The translations under genes were made by a program, and so were the position numbers. A model generated the notes under the pieces. That model worked only from the letters and a program-made list of their open reading frames with translations. It did no database searches and had not been told where the DNA came from. 48,699 nucleotides of DNA from the IMG/VR virus record IMGVR_UViG_3300009678_000013, one strand, 5' to 3'. Of the stretch, positions 35,769 through 42,006 are shown piece by piece; within the stretch, counting starts at the first letter, position 1; every line of letters starts with the position of its first letter. This DNA comes from a virus.

Positions 35769-35955
35769 TACCGCCCCCTTTCCACGCCTCGATCAATTCA
35801 TCGATCGTGCGCTTGTCCTGATTGTAGCCAGCCTGCCAGCAATAGGCTTGCCAGCCTGCCGGGTATGGGTTCCTTGCCCGATTGTCATATCGGGCGAAGT
35901 TACCCGCGCCCCTCGCCGCATTGCCCTTTAACACTAGGGTAAATTTTTCGTCCAT
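35758..35955 (-). CDS. Hypothetical protein
   Basis: 65-aa ORF with start context cattgcggaacc. Confidence 0.5.
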   Translation of the reverse strand: MDEKFTLVLKGNAARGAGNFARYDNRARNPYPAGWQAYCWQAGYNQDKRTIDELIEAWKGGGNGR

Positions 35956-35964
35956 TGCGGAACC

Positions 35965-36156
35965 TCATCCTTGCGGCAAATGCCGCTCTAGTAATCCCCA
36001 AAGGCGGGTTTGCTTGGCAATCATTCGGTCATGAGCGCGAAGCGCCGAGCGATCGCCCTTCATTGGATCATTGCAAACCCGACTGTATTGGATCGAGGCA
36101 TTGGCGTATTGCTCGGCCGCCGCCTTGACCCGATCGATGATCGGTGTCTTTGTCAT
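35965..36156 (-). CDS. Hypothetical protein
   Basis: Start moved to MTKTPIID (36156), because the predicted transcript from the 36194 promoter begins near 36187. Confidence 0.45.
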   Translation of the reverse strand: MTKTPIIDRVKAAAEQYANASIQYSRVCNDPMKGDRSALRAHDRMIAKQTRLWGLLERHLPQG

Positions 36157-36193
36157 CTTTAACCCTTTCAAATAGCCATTTGTTAGTGTGACC

Positions 36194-36221
36194 ATTATAC
36201 CACAGTCTGACAGATTGTCAA
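36194..36221 (-). promoter_or_regulatory. Consensus sigma70-type promoter, leftward
   Basis: The minus strand reads TTGACA (36221-36216), a 16-nt spacer ending in TGG, then TATAAT (36199-36194). This is an extended -10 context. Confidence 0.7.
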
Positions 36222-36295
36222 CTGTGACAGATTGTCACATGGCAAAATGCCGGCAGATCGCAGATCGCCAAATGTCAATGCGACAGATTGTCGCA
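36209..36295. promoter_or_regulatory. Cluster of three palindromic operator-like sites
   Basis: ctgacagattgtcaa (core 36209-36219), tgtgacagattgtcaca (36223-36239) and tgcgacagattgtcgca (36279-36295). The first two overlap or abut the -35 element. Confidence 0.6.
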
Positions 36296-36297
36296 GG

Positions 36298-36534
36298 CTA
36301 GTTCATGGTCGCCAGAAAAAACACCTTTGCATCCGCGAGGCAGCCTTCCTTGCGAATCTCAAACCGCTGGCCCTCGCCTTCAAGGATCGCAACCCCTTCG
36401 GAGTTGAGAACCTTCAAAAGATCGGCCGCGAAAGCCGAGTCAGAAGCCGCCTCGGCCACGTCGGTAAACTGCACCGTCATGATTCGGCCGATCGGCTTGC
36501 CTTCCTTGTCAACGTAGCAACAGAGGCATTCCAT
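36298..36534 (-). CDS. Hypothetical protein
   Basis: 78-aa ORF. Confidence 0.5.
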   Translation of the reverse strand: MECLCCYVDKEGKPIGRIMTVQFTDVAEAASDSAFAADLLKVLNSEGVAILEGEGQRFEIRKEGCLADAKVFFLATMN

Positions 36535-36537
36535 GAT

Positions 36538-36723
36538 TCAATCTCCCTCGACCGGCTCATCGGTCCAATAGTTTGAGTTTGTGAAAATGTCCGGGCGATA
36601 GCCGCGCCGCTTTTCTGCCTCGCATTTCTGGCAGACGTAGGTGCAGAAAATACCGCGAGCATCCCGCAGTTCATAGCGCCGCAGGCCAGAACCGCACCGG
36701 CAGAGCTTGTCATTGCAGGCCAT
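36538..36723 (-). CDS. Small Cys-rich zinc-binding protein
   Basis: 61 aa from MACNDKLCRCGSG...CTYVCQKC. TGACATG junction with the upstream gene. Confidence 0.5.
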   Translation of the reverse strand: MACNDKLCRCGSGLRRYELRDARGIFCTYVCQKCEAEKRRGYRPDIFTNSNYWTDEPVEGD

Positions 36724-36724
36724 G

Positions 36725-36919
36725 TCAATCCTCCGCCTCGGGGCAATTGATCGACCATTGACCGACCTTATTGCCGTTCCGGTCGGCGATCCGACCATCA
36801 TCTTGCCGAGCGCCGGATTGTTCCAACCGATCGGCCACACGACGCAAAGCATCGGCAACGTGCCGGCCATTGAGCATCGCCGCATTGCCTAGCTCGATTT
36901 TCAAATGGAAATAACTCAT
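36725..36919 (-). CDS. Hypothetical protein
   Basis: 64 aa from MSYFHLKIEL. Start context catttctggaacc. Confidence 0.5.
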   Translation of the reverse strand: MSYFHLKIELGNAAMLNGRHVADALRRVADRLEQSGARQDDGRIADRNGNKVGQWSINCPEAED

Positions 36920-36997
36920 TTCTGGAACCTCATTCTCATCGGGGCAGGATCGCCACCATGGAGCGCCGCCGATCGCCGACGGCGCTCTAGCTGGCAC
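36920..36997 (-). repeat. Intergenic hairpin cassette
   Basis: caccatg-gagcgccg (36961-36968), loop, cggcgctc (36980-36987), then tagctgg, next to the upstream stop at 36998. Confidence 0.75.
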
Positions 36998-37273
36998 CTA
37001 GCGGCTATAACAGGCCGCGTGGCGAGGCATGAAAAAATCACGCAAGCGCCCATCGACAACATCAAGATGGCCCACGATGCCGGCAACATCGTGGACAAGG
37101 TTGAAATCATCCGCCGCCGCCAGCCGGTTCAGATCGAGCGGGCAAATATCGCCATGACAGATCGCCAAGGAACTCTCGACCATTGCCGGGTTCAAATCGT
37201 GCTTTTTCATGATGCCGACGGCGCGAGTCGCGATCGCCTGAATCATATTCCTGTCATGCTGTGATAGCTTCAT
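36998..37273 (-). CDS. Hypothetical protein
   Basis: 91-aa ORF. Confidence 0.55.
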   Translation of the reverse strand: MKLSQHDRNMIQAIATRAVGIMKKHDLNPAMVESSLAICHGDICPLDLNRLAAADDFNLVHDVAGIVGHLDVVDGRLRDFFMPRHAACYSR

Positions 37274-37345
37274 TCGTGGACCTCATTCTAGTGGGGCAAG
37301 ATTGCCACCATGGAGCGCCGCCATACCGCGACGGCGCTCTAGCTG
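37274..37345 (-). repeat. Intergenic hairpin cassette
   Basis: gcaagattgccaccatg-gagcgccg (37313-37320), loop, cggcgctc (37332-37339), then tagctgtcaac. Confidence 0.75.
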
Positions 37346-37990
37346 TCAACCCGTCACGTTGTAAGCCTCGGCCGCTTCGGCGCGACCCCTGGCAATCCCC
37401 GCCTCGATCCGCTCATCCTCCCGATACTCGGCCCACATTTCAGGGACACCCTCGCACCATGCGCCGACGTAGGAATTGAAGGACTCGAGAATCAGGATGG
37501 CCCGAGTTATGTCGGCGATCCGCTGGCCCTCGAATGCGTCCGTTTTGAGCGCAAAGGATGAACCGCCGCGACCGCCGACAAGGGTATCAGGGGCGAGAGT
37601 CCGCCCGCCTCGGCCATACTGATAGAGCTTGCCGAACTCGCCAATCAACTCCCAGGCCGCAGCCGATCGCCCATGTTCCAGATCGAACTCCCGCAGCCTA
37701 TGGGCGACGTAGTATCGCCGCGCCGCTTCGCTCTTGAACTTGCCGGCATTGGCAGGGTGTTCCAGCGTGCGCCGATAGTCGGCGCGATCGCCGCCATAAG
37801 CGCCGCCGCTTCGCAAGTAATCAACCTCGCCATCGACCGCAAACTCAAACCACGATTGGAAGGCTTCGCCCTCAATGTCATCCAGACAGGGATAACGCGG
37901 CGTTGCATTGTGATACAGGCGACCGATCGCCTCGGCAGCCCGCGCCTCGATCGCAGCCCGCCGCCTTGTATGCTTTGCTCTATTGCCCAT
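37346..37990 (-). CDS. Hypothetical protein
   Basis: 214 aa from MGNRAKHTRR. Start context cattgtggaacc. Confidence 0.55.
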   Translation of the reverse strand: MGNRAKHTRRRAAIEARAAEAIGRLYHNATPRYPCLDDIEGEAFQSWFEFAVDGEVDYLRSGGAYGGDRADYRRTLEHPANAGKFKSEAARRYYVAHRLREFDLEHGRSAAAWELIGEFGKLYQYGRGGRTLAPDTLVGGRGGSSFALKTDAFEGQRIADITRAILILESFNSYVGAWCEGVPEMWAEYREDERIEAGIARGRAEAAEAYNVTG

Positions 37991-38051
37991 TGTGGAACCT
38001 TCCTGTTGGGTTGACACCTTGAAGCGCCGACCGAAATCGGCGCTCTAGCTA
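37991..38051 (-). repeat. Intergenic hairpin cassette, shorter copy
   Basis: ttgacacc, then stem agcgccga/tcggcgct (38023-38030 and 38037-38044), then ctagctatca. Confidence 0.7.
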
Positions 38052-38315
38052 TCAGCCGGCATATGCCGATTCGATCCGCTTTCCGGTATGATCGCAGATC
38101 AAATTTCCATCCTCCCAATTGATGTCGAATCCCTCGACAAGCCAGCCCGAGTTGCGATCGTTCCAGAGTCGCGCTCTGACAATCTGTCGCCATTCGGCCT
38201 TGACCGCCTCGAATGAAAGCGCCGCCCCGTCCGATGTCACGAAATACATGGGATAACCCCCAGGCCAAGCATAGGGACCATTCCGCAGCACTTCCTTGAT
38301 TTTCAATAGAGTCAT
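38052..38315 (-). CDS. Hypothetical protein
   Basis: 87 aa from MTLLKIKEVL. Start context cattgtggacc. Confidence 0.55.
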   Translation of the reverse strand: MTLLKIKEVLRNGPYAWPGGYPMYFVTSDGAALSFEAVKAEWRQIVRARLWNDRNSGWLVEGFDINWEDGNLICDHTGKRIESAYAG

Positions 38316-38338
38316 TGTGGACCTCCAAAATTTGACCC

Positions 38339-38388
38339 TGCCAATCTGGCACAATTGCCCGAGCCTGCCCATGCGGCAGATTGTCACA
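38339..38388. promoter_or_regulatory. Two CAGATTG-type operator-like palindromes
   Basis: tgccaatctggca (38339-38351, inverted) and tgcggcagattgtcaca (38372-38388). This spacer lacks the hairpin cassette. Confidence 0.45.
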
Positions 38389-38710
38389 TGGCAGCCTTTC
38401 GCAGCATGGTGTTCAAAGCCTTGTTTGCTCGTTTCTGGCGATCCTTGGCGATGTCAAGAAACGCCGCCTCCCGATCGAGCGCCGCCGCCGTCGCCTTGGC
38501 GATCGCCGATGCCGCGACATAGATGGCAACGGATTCCTCGGATGTATAACCAAGGGTGAAATTGTAGCCATCGGTCAACGCCGCCATCTGGCGAGCGATC
38601 GCCTTTAGCGCCGCTTTCCTAGAGCGTGATTCTCTGACCTCTTGGTCGGAATCGTCCAATTCCCTGATTGCTTCCCGAGAACCGGGAATTTCCTGTATCT
38701 GTAGCGCCAT
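38384..38710 (-). CDS. Hypothetical protein
   Basis: 108-aa ORF with start context cattgtggaacc. Confidence 0.55.
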   Translation of the reverse strand: MALQIQEIPGSREAIRELDDSDQEVRESRSRKAALKAIARQMAALTDGYNFTLGYTSEESVAIYVAASAIAKATAAALDREAAFLDIAKDRQKRANKALNTMLRKAAM

Positions 38711-38785
38711 TGTGGAACCTCCTAGTTAGTGACTGACTGACACCATGGAGCGCCGCCGGCATAGACGGCGCTCTAGCTGGCAGCC
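38711..38785 (-). repeat. Intergenic hairpin cassette
   Basis: ctgacaccatg-gagcgccg (38748-38755), loop, cggcgctc (38766-38773), then tagctggcagcc. Confidence 0.75.
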
Positions 38786-39244
38786 CTAGACCACCGCCCA
38801 CTCTTGATTCCATTCGCCCTTGGAATCCCTGTAATAGAATGTCGCGTTGCCATGATCCGAGACGACGCAGAACATGCCGGACTCGGGCGCGACCTCGGGC
38901 AACTCATCGCCGAATTCGACTCCATCATCTTTGGCCCGCTCTTGCCAATCCTCCGAGAGCCAGAACCCATAGTCTGACCCGTCGCCAGGGTGAGCGCCGA
39001 AATAACCATACGACGGCGCGAATTCGTTCAGCTTGTCCGATAGCTCGGTCACGACTTCGCTTGCAGCAATCTGGCCCTCATCGTTAAGCCAGCCCTCGCG
39101 ATCGGCGACCACCAATGCCCGAGCCTCATCGATGTTCTCTGGATCGGAATCATCCAGATCACGGAGCGCCGACAGGAACGCCTCGATTAGATCGCATGAG
39201 CGCATCGTGCCATGCGATATAGTGCCAAATGTCGCCTTGCCCAT
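38786..39244 (-). CDS. Hypothetical strongly acidic protein
   Basis: 152-aa D/E-rich ORF. Confidence 0.55.
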   Translation of the reverse strand: MGKATFGTISHGTMRSCDLIEAFLSALRDLDDSDPENIDEARALVVADREGWLNDEGQIAASEVVTELSDKLNEFAPSYGYFGAHPGDGSDYGFWLSEDWQERAKDDGVEFGDELPEVAPESGMFCVVSDHGNATFYYRDSKGEWNQEWAVV

Positions 39245-39322
39245 TGTGGACCTCTTGTCTAATAACGATGCCGGATTGACACCATGGAGCGCCGACGCGG
39301 AGTCGGCGCTCTAGCTGGCAAC
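39245..39322 (-). repeat. Intergenic hairpin cassette
   Basis: gccggattgacaccatg, then 10-bp stem gagcgccgac/gtcggcgctc (39287-39296 and 39302-39311), then tagctggcaacc. Confidence 0.8.
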
Positions 39323-39529
39323 CTATGCCGCACGCAATAGGAACCCTTCGCGCTTGACCTTGCCAGCCTTGACGGCCAGCGAAATCAAAGCCTCGAATTG
39401 CGCCAGAGTCATCTTGCCCATCAATGCGGCGTATAGATGCCCCGACGGGATACCTCGCGACCCCGCCTCGGCGATCGCTTCGGCGATGGCATTTACCAAT
39501 TGCACGATTGCATCATGCTTCGCATTCAT
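39323..39529 (-). CDS. Hypothetical protein
   Basis: 68-aa ORF with start context cattgtggaacc. Confidence 0.55.
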   Translation of the reverse strand: MNAKHDAIVQLVNAIAEAIAEAGSRGIPSGHLYAALMGKMTLAQFEALISLAVKAGKVKREGFLLRAA

Positions 39530-39600
39530 TGTGGAACCTCATTCTCAATCGATGTCGGATTGACACCATGGAGCGCCGCCAATAGACGGCGCTCTAGCTA
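39530..39600 (-). repeat. Intergenic hairpin cassette
   Basis: gatgtcggattgacaccatg-gagcgccg (39571-39578), loop, cggcgctc (39587-39594), then tagctatca. Confidence 0.8.
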
Positions 39601-39723
39601 TCAGCCCTTGCGCCGCCGAATGCGCTCCAAAGCCTCGCGGTCTAATCGATCCTCGACCACCGCGACATATGCGCCAGCGATCGCCGAAACGATCGCCGCC
39701 CATATTGCCAGGATCACGATCAA
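39601..39723 (-). CDS. Possible 40-aa TM micro-protein with a TTG or GTG start
   Basis: (M)IVILAIWAAIVSAIAGAYVAVVEDRLDREALERIRRRKG. The TTG overlaps the upstream TGA (TTGA). A cassette follows its stop, as for the other genes. Confidence 0.35.
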   Translation of the reverse strand: MIVILAIWAAIVSAIAGAYVAVVEDRLDREALERIRRRKG

Positions 39724-39938
39724 GCCCGCACCCGATCGCGACCATTGCAGGGTTCGCCATTGGCAGCCGACATGAACCGATCGCGCTGGAATCGATCGTT
39801 ATCAGCCTTGAACTCGACCACCAAATGCGCCGCCAATAGATCAAGGGTCTTTGCATCCGCCCGGCTATCTTGCCGAACGGTTGCGATGATGGCAGCCAAT
39901 GCCTTATAGTGGCGATGCTCGAAAGTAGGATTTTTCAT
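39720..39938 (-). CDS. Hypothetical protein
   Basis: 72-aa ORF with start context catcttgtggaacc. Confidence 0.5.
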   Translation of the reverse strand: MKNPTFEHRHYKALAAIIATVRQDSRADAKTLDLLAAHLVVEFKADNDRFQRDRFMSAANGEPCNGRDRVRA

Positions 39939-39966
39939 CTTGTGGAACCTTTCAAAAAGTTAGAGT

Positions 39967-40015
39967 GTCAATCTGTCATAGATACGACAAGCCAGCAATG
40001 CGGCGGATTGTCGCA
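39967..40015. promoter_or_regulatory. Two CAGATTG-type operator-like boxes
   Basis: gtcaatctgtc (39967-39977, inverted) and tgcggcggattgtcgca (39999-40015). This spacer lacks the hairpin cassette. Confidence 0.4.
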
Positions 40016-40017
40016 GC

Positions 40018-40122
40018 CTAGATCACGCCGGCCAGCATCAACCCGATGCCGATGGCGACCCAGGCCAGGGCCAGCCAGGATACTAGCGGCATTGATACCG
40101 TTTTTTTGTCCATTAACCACAT
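40018..40122 (-). CDS. 34-aa hydrophobic micro-protein
   Basis: MWLMDKKTVSMPLVSWLALAWVAIGIGLMLAGVI. Below the ORF-track size cutoff. Start context catgctcggaacc. Confidence 0.45.
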   Translation of the reverse strand: MWLMDKKTVSMPLVSWLALAWVAIGIGLMLAGVI

Positions 40123-40197
40123 GCTCGGAACCTCGATCTAATGCGATGCCAGGATTAGCACCATGGAGCGCCGCCGGCCTAGACGGCGCTCTAGCTG
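40123..40197 (-). repeat. Intergenic hairpin cassette
   Basis: gccaggattagcaccatg-gagcgccg (40166-40173), loop, cggcgctc (40184-40191), then tagctgcta. Confidence 0.75.
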
Positions 40198-40401
40198 CTA
40201 CCAGCGGCCGGAGTCTTTGATCGCCTTGTGCATGAATGTCAGTCCGCGCCATACGACCGGGCAGGCGACCGCGACCGCCAAGACGCCATTGTAGAACAGG
40301 AACGACGCGCCATTGATGCCAACCCAGGAATAGCCAGGGACCGGATTGATTGACGCCATGGGGCGGCGGGGATCGCCTTGCGTAATGGTCAGATGGATCA
40401 T
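40198..40401 (-). CDS. Small membrane protein
   Basis: 67 aa from MIHLTITQGD. Contains a hydrophobic segment. Start context catttgtggacc. Confidence 0.5.
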   Translation of the reverse strand: MIHLTITQGDPRRPMASINPVPGYSWVGINGASFLFYNGVLAVAVACPVVWRGLTFMHKAIKDSGRW

Positions 40402-40481
40402 TTGTGGACCTCTTGCCTTGTCGCGATGTCGGATTGACACCATGGAGCGCCGACGCGGAGTCGGCGCTCTAGCTGCAAACC
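40402..40481 (-). repeat. Intergenic hairpin cassette
   Basis: gatgtcggattgacaccatg, then stem gagcgccgac/gtcggcgctc (40445-40454 and 40460-40469), then tagctgcaaacc. The hairpin is identical to the 39287 copy. Confidence 0.8.
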
Positions 40482-40772
40482 CTAGAGCAAAGACCCTTGC
40501 GCCTCGATCGCCTCGACCTCATCGCCGGGGCCGAGTGTTGCCATCAGCCAGCGATCGCCCCCGAGCCGGGAACCGCAGCAATCGCACGCCGACCATGAGA
40601 ACCCTTCGCCCTCGTAATTATCGCCGACGCCGGCCGGGACCAAATGCAGGCCAGGGAACGCCACCCGCAAGACCTCGGGCAATTCCGGCCGATCCTCGGG
40701 AATGTCGCCATTGGCAGCGAATGCCAGACAGTCAACGCAGCATCGCAGGCCATCATGAACAATGCAGGCCAT
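40482..40772 (-). CDS. Small Cys-rich protein
   Basis: 96 aa from MACIVHDGLRCCVDC...CDCCGS. Its ATG lies 2 nt after the upstream stop. Confidence 0.5.
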   Translation of the reverse strand: MACIVHDGLRCCVDCLAFAANGDIPEDRPELPEVLRVAFPGLHLVPAGVGDNYEGEGFSWSACDCCGSRLGGDRWLMATLGPGDEVEAIEAQGSLL

Positions 40773-40774
40773 GA

Positions 40775-40894
40775 CTACCTCCGATCGAACAGGCCAGCGC
40801 CGCCAGCAATGGCAAGCGCCAGAACGGACACGCAAACCGCCAGCAACCCAAACCGGGCAGCCAGATCGGCAGCCTCGACTAAAACCGTTGACAT
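40775..40894 (-). CDS. 39-aa TM micro-protein
   Basis: MSTVLVEAADLAARFGLLAVCVSVLALAIAGGAGLFDRR. Start context catagtggaacc. Confidence 0.45.
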   Translation of the reverse strand: MSTVLVEAADLAARFGLLAVCVSVLALAIAGGAGLFDRR

Positions 40895-40969
40895 AGTGGA
40901 ACCTCCGACAATCGATGCAAAATCGCACCAGGGAACGCCGACGCGGAGTCGGCGCTCTAGCTGCAATCC
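40895..40969 (-). repeat. Intergenic hairpin cassette, degenerate left box
   Basis: Stem gaacgccgac/gtcggcgctc (40933-40942 and 40948-40957, one mismatch), then tagctgcaatcc. Confidence 0.65.
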
Positions 40970-41194
40970 CTACAGCGAAATCCGGGCATAGTGACGCCAA
41001 TAAACCCGGTTCCGAGCCTTGTCCGATGGCGATTGCCAGCCCTTCCCACGGCAGCCATAGCAGGGGCCAATCTTGCCCGTATAGACGCCGTTCAGAACCA
41101 TCCCGCCGGCATAGAACTTGCCCGATCCCGAGCACTTGAAACAGACGCACGAACCGGCCGGAGCATCCGCCGGAACCTTGTCAATCATCGCCAT
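40970..41194 (-). CDS. Small DnaJ-type zinc-finger protein, first gene of the leftward arm
   Basis: 74 aa from MAMIDKVP. Two CxxCxGxG motifs (CFKCSGSG and CYGCRGKG). Confidence 0.55.
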   Translation of the reverse strand: MAMIDKVPADAPAGSCVCFKCSGSGKFYAGGMVLNGVYTGKIGPCYGCRGKGWQSPSDKARNRVYWRHYARISL

Positions 41195-41238
41195 TTGTGG
41201 ACCTCGATCTAGCTGTTGCCTTCGATGGCGAAGATGAA

Positions 41239-41450
41239 TGCCAGATTGACAGGAATCAAGCCACAAGTTGACATTGCGTCAATTTGTCGCGGATGTCGCG
41301 AACGTCGCTAATGCAGAAACGTCGCAAACGTCGCAAACGTAGAAATCTTAACGAATTTCAGCCGGAGCGACGTTTTTGACAGGTGAAGCGGTTGAAATCC
41401 CTCCCGTATAAAAAAGACAGCATTTAACATCTATCTATATGTATTATTTC
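41239..41450. promoter_or_regulatory. Divergent control or origin-like region: CAGATTG box, 9-bp iterons and an AT-rich island
   Basis: tgccagattgaca (41239-41251). (T/C)GTCGC at 41285, 41294, 41303, 41320 and 41329, mostly at 9-bp spacing, plus an inverted copy at 41367. The AT-rich stretch 41406-41450 stands out in a roughly 60% GC genome. Confidence 0.45.
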
Positions 41451-41567
41451 GGTTCTCTACTCTGGAAAAATGCCGCGGCGGCTGAAATCCGTTAATGCCC
41501 TTCGGTTCCGTATGGTTATCGCTATATAGGGCCGCTTCGGACCTAATCGCCAGCGATCGGCCAAATC

Positions 41568-41866
41568 GAGCGCCGCCGGATGCCTTTGGCGACATGGGAG
41601 CGCCGATCGGATCGCAGCCGGCGGAATGCCTCGCAATGGACCCTGGTAGGCGATGGGAGCGCCATCGATGCCGGCGGAGTCAGTCCGCACCCTGGCGGGG
41701 CCATGGAGCGCCATGGAGCGCCGCGACCTCGACCCAGGCGCGAGGCATGGTGCAGCAGGCGAGCGCCGACCATGGCACGCCGCCGGCCGGGCGAAGCGAT
41801 GCCGAGCGCCGCCCCAGGCCCCGCCGACGCCGGCCGCCCCCCTGCCGGCGGCCGAGCGGCGCTCGC
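41568..41866. repeat. GC-rich non-coding array of ATGGAGCGCC half-sites
   Basis: (at)gg(g)agcgcc(g) occurs at about 41568, 41594, 41653, 41703, 41713, 41761 and 41803. This matches the left arm of the cassette hairpin without its partner arm. ORFs here are R/A/G-rich in all frames. Confidence 0.55.
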
Positions 41867-42006
41867 GATTCTCATGCCCACCATCCGCGCAAATTTTTTC
41901 CGCATAGCTTCTGGCGGGTTGTTTCATGTGGAACATGAGGGTTTTGCGCCAAATCGAGAATTGGTGTATTGGGGCTTGCCTAGCTGCAAGGGCTAGGGGG
42001 TATTTG

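Noticed and set aside
34565-40969. The repeated hairpins as a CRISPR array.
   Set aside because: The sequences between repeats are 100-650 bp protein-coding genes of variable length with their own RBSs. The repeats also include conserved non-palindromic flanks and a start-codon context. This is not CRISPR geometry.
34565-40969. The cassette hairpins as intrinsic terminators, or the plus-strand TTGACA in the GATTGACA box as an antisense promoter.
   Set aside because: No U-tract follows the stems on either strand. No conserved -10 hexamer lies 16-18 nt downstream of the plus-strand TTGACA.
41460-41560. A possible tRNA or small structured RNA (two C-UUCG-G tetraloop-like motifs).
   Set aside because: I could not fold a cloverleaf or find T-loop (GGTTCGA) or anticodon-arm features. 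There is too little evidence to call an RNA gene.
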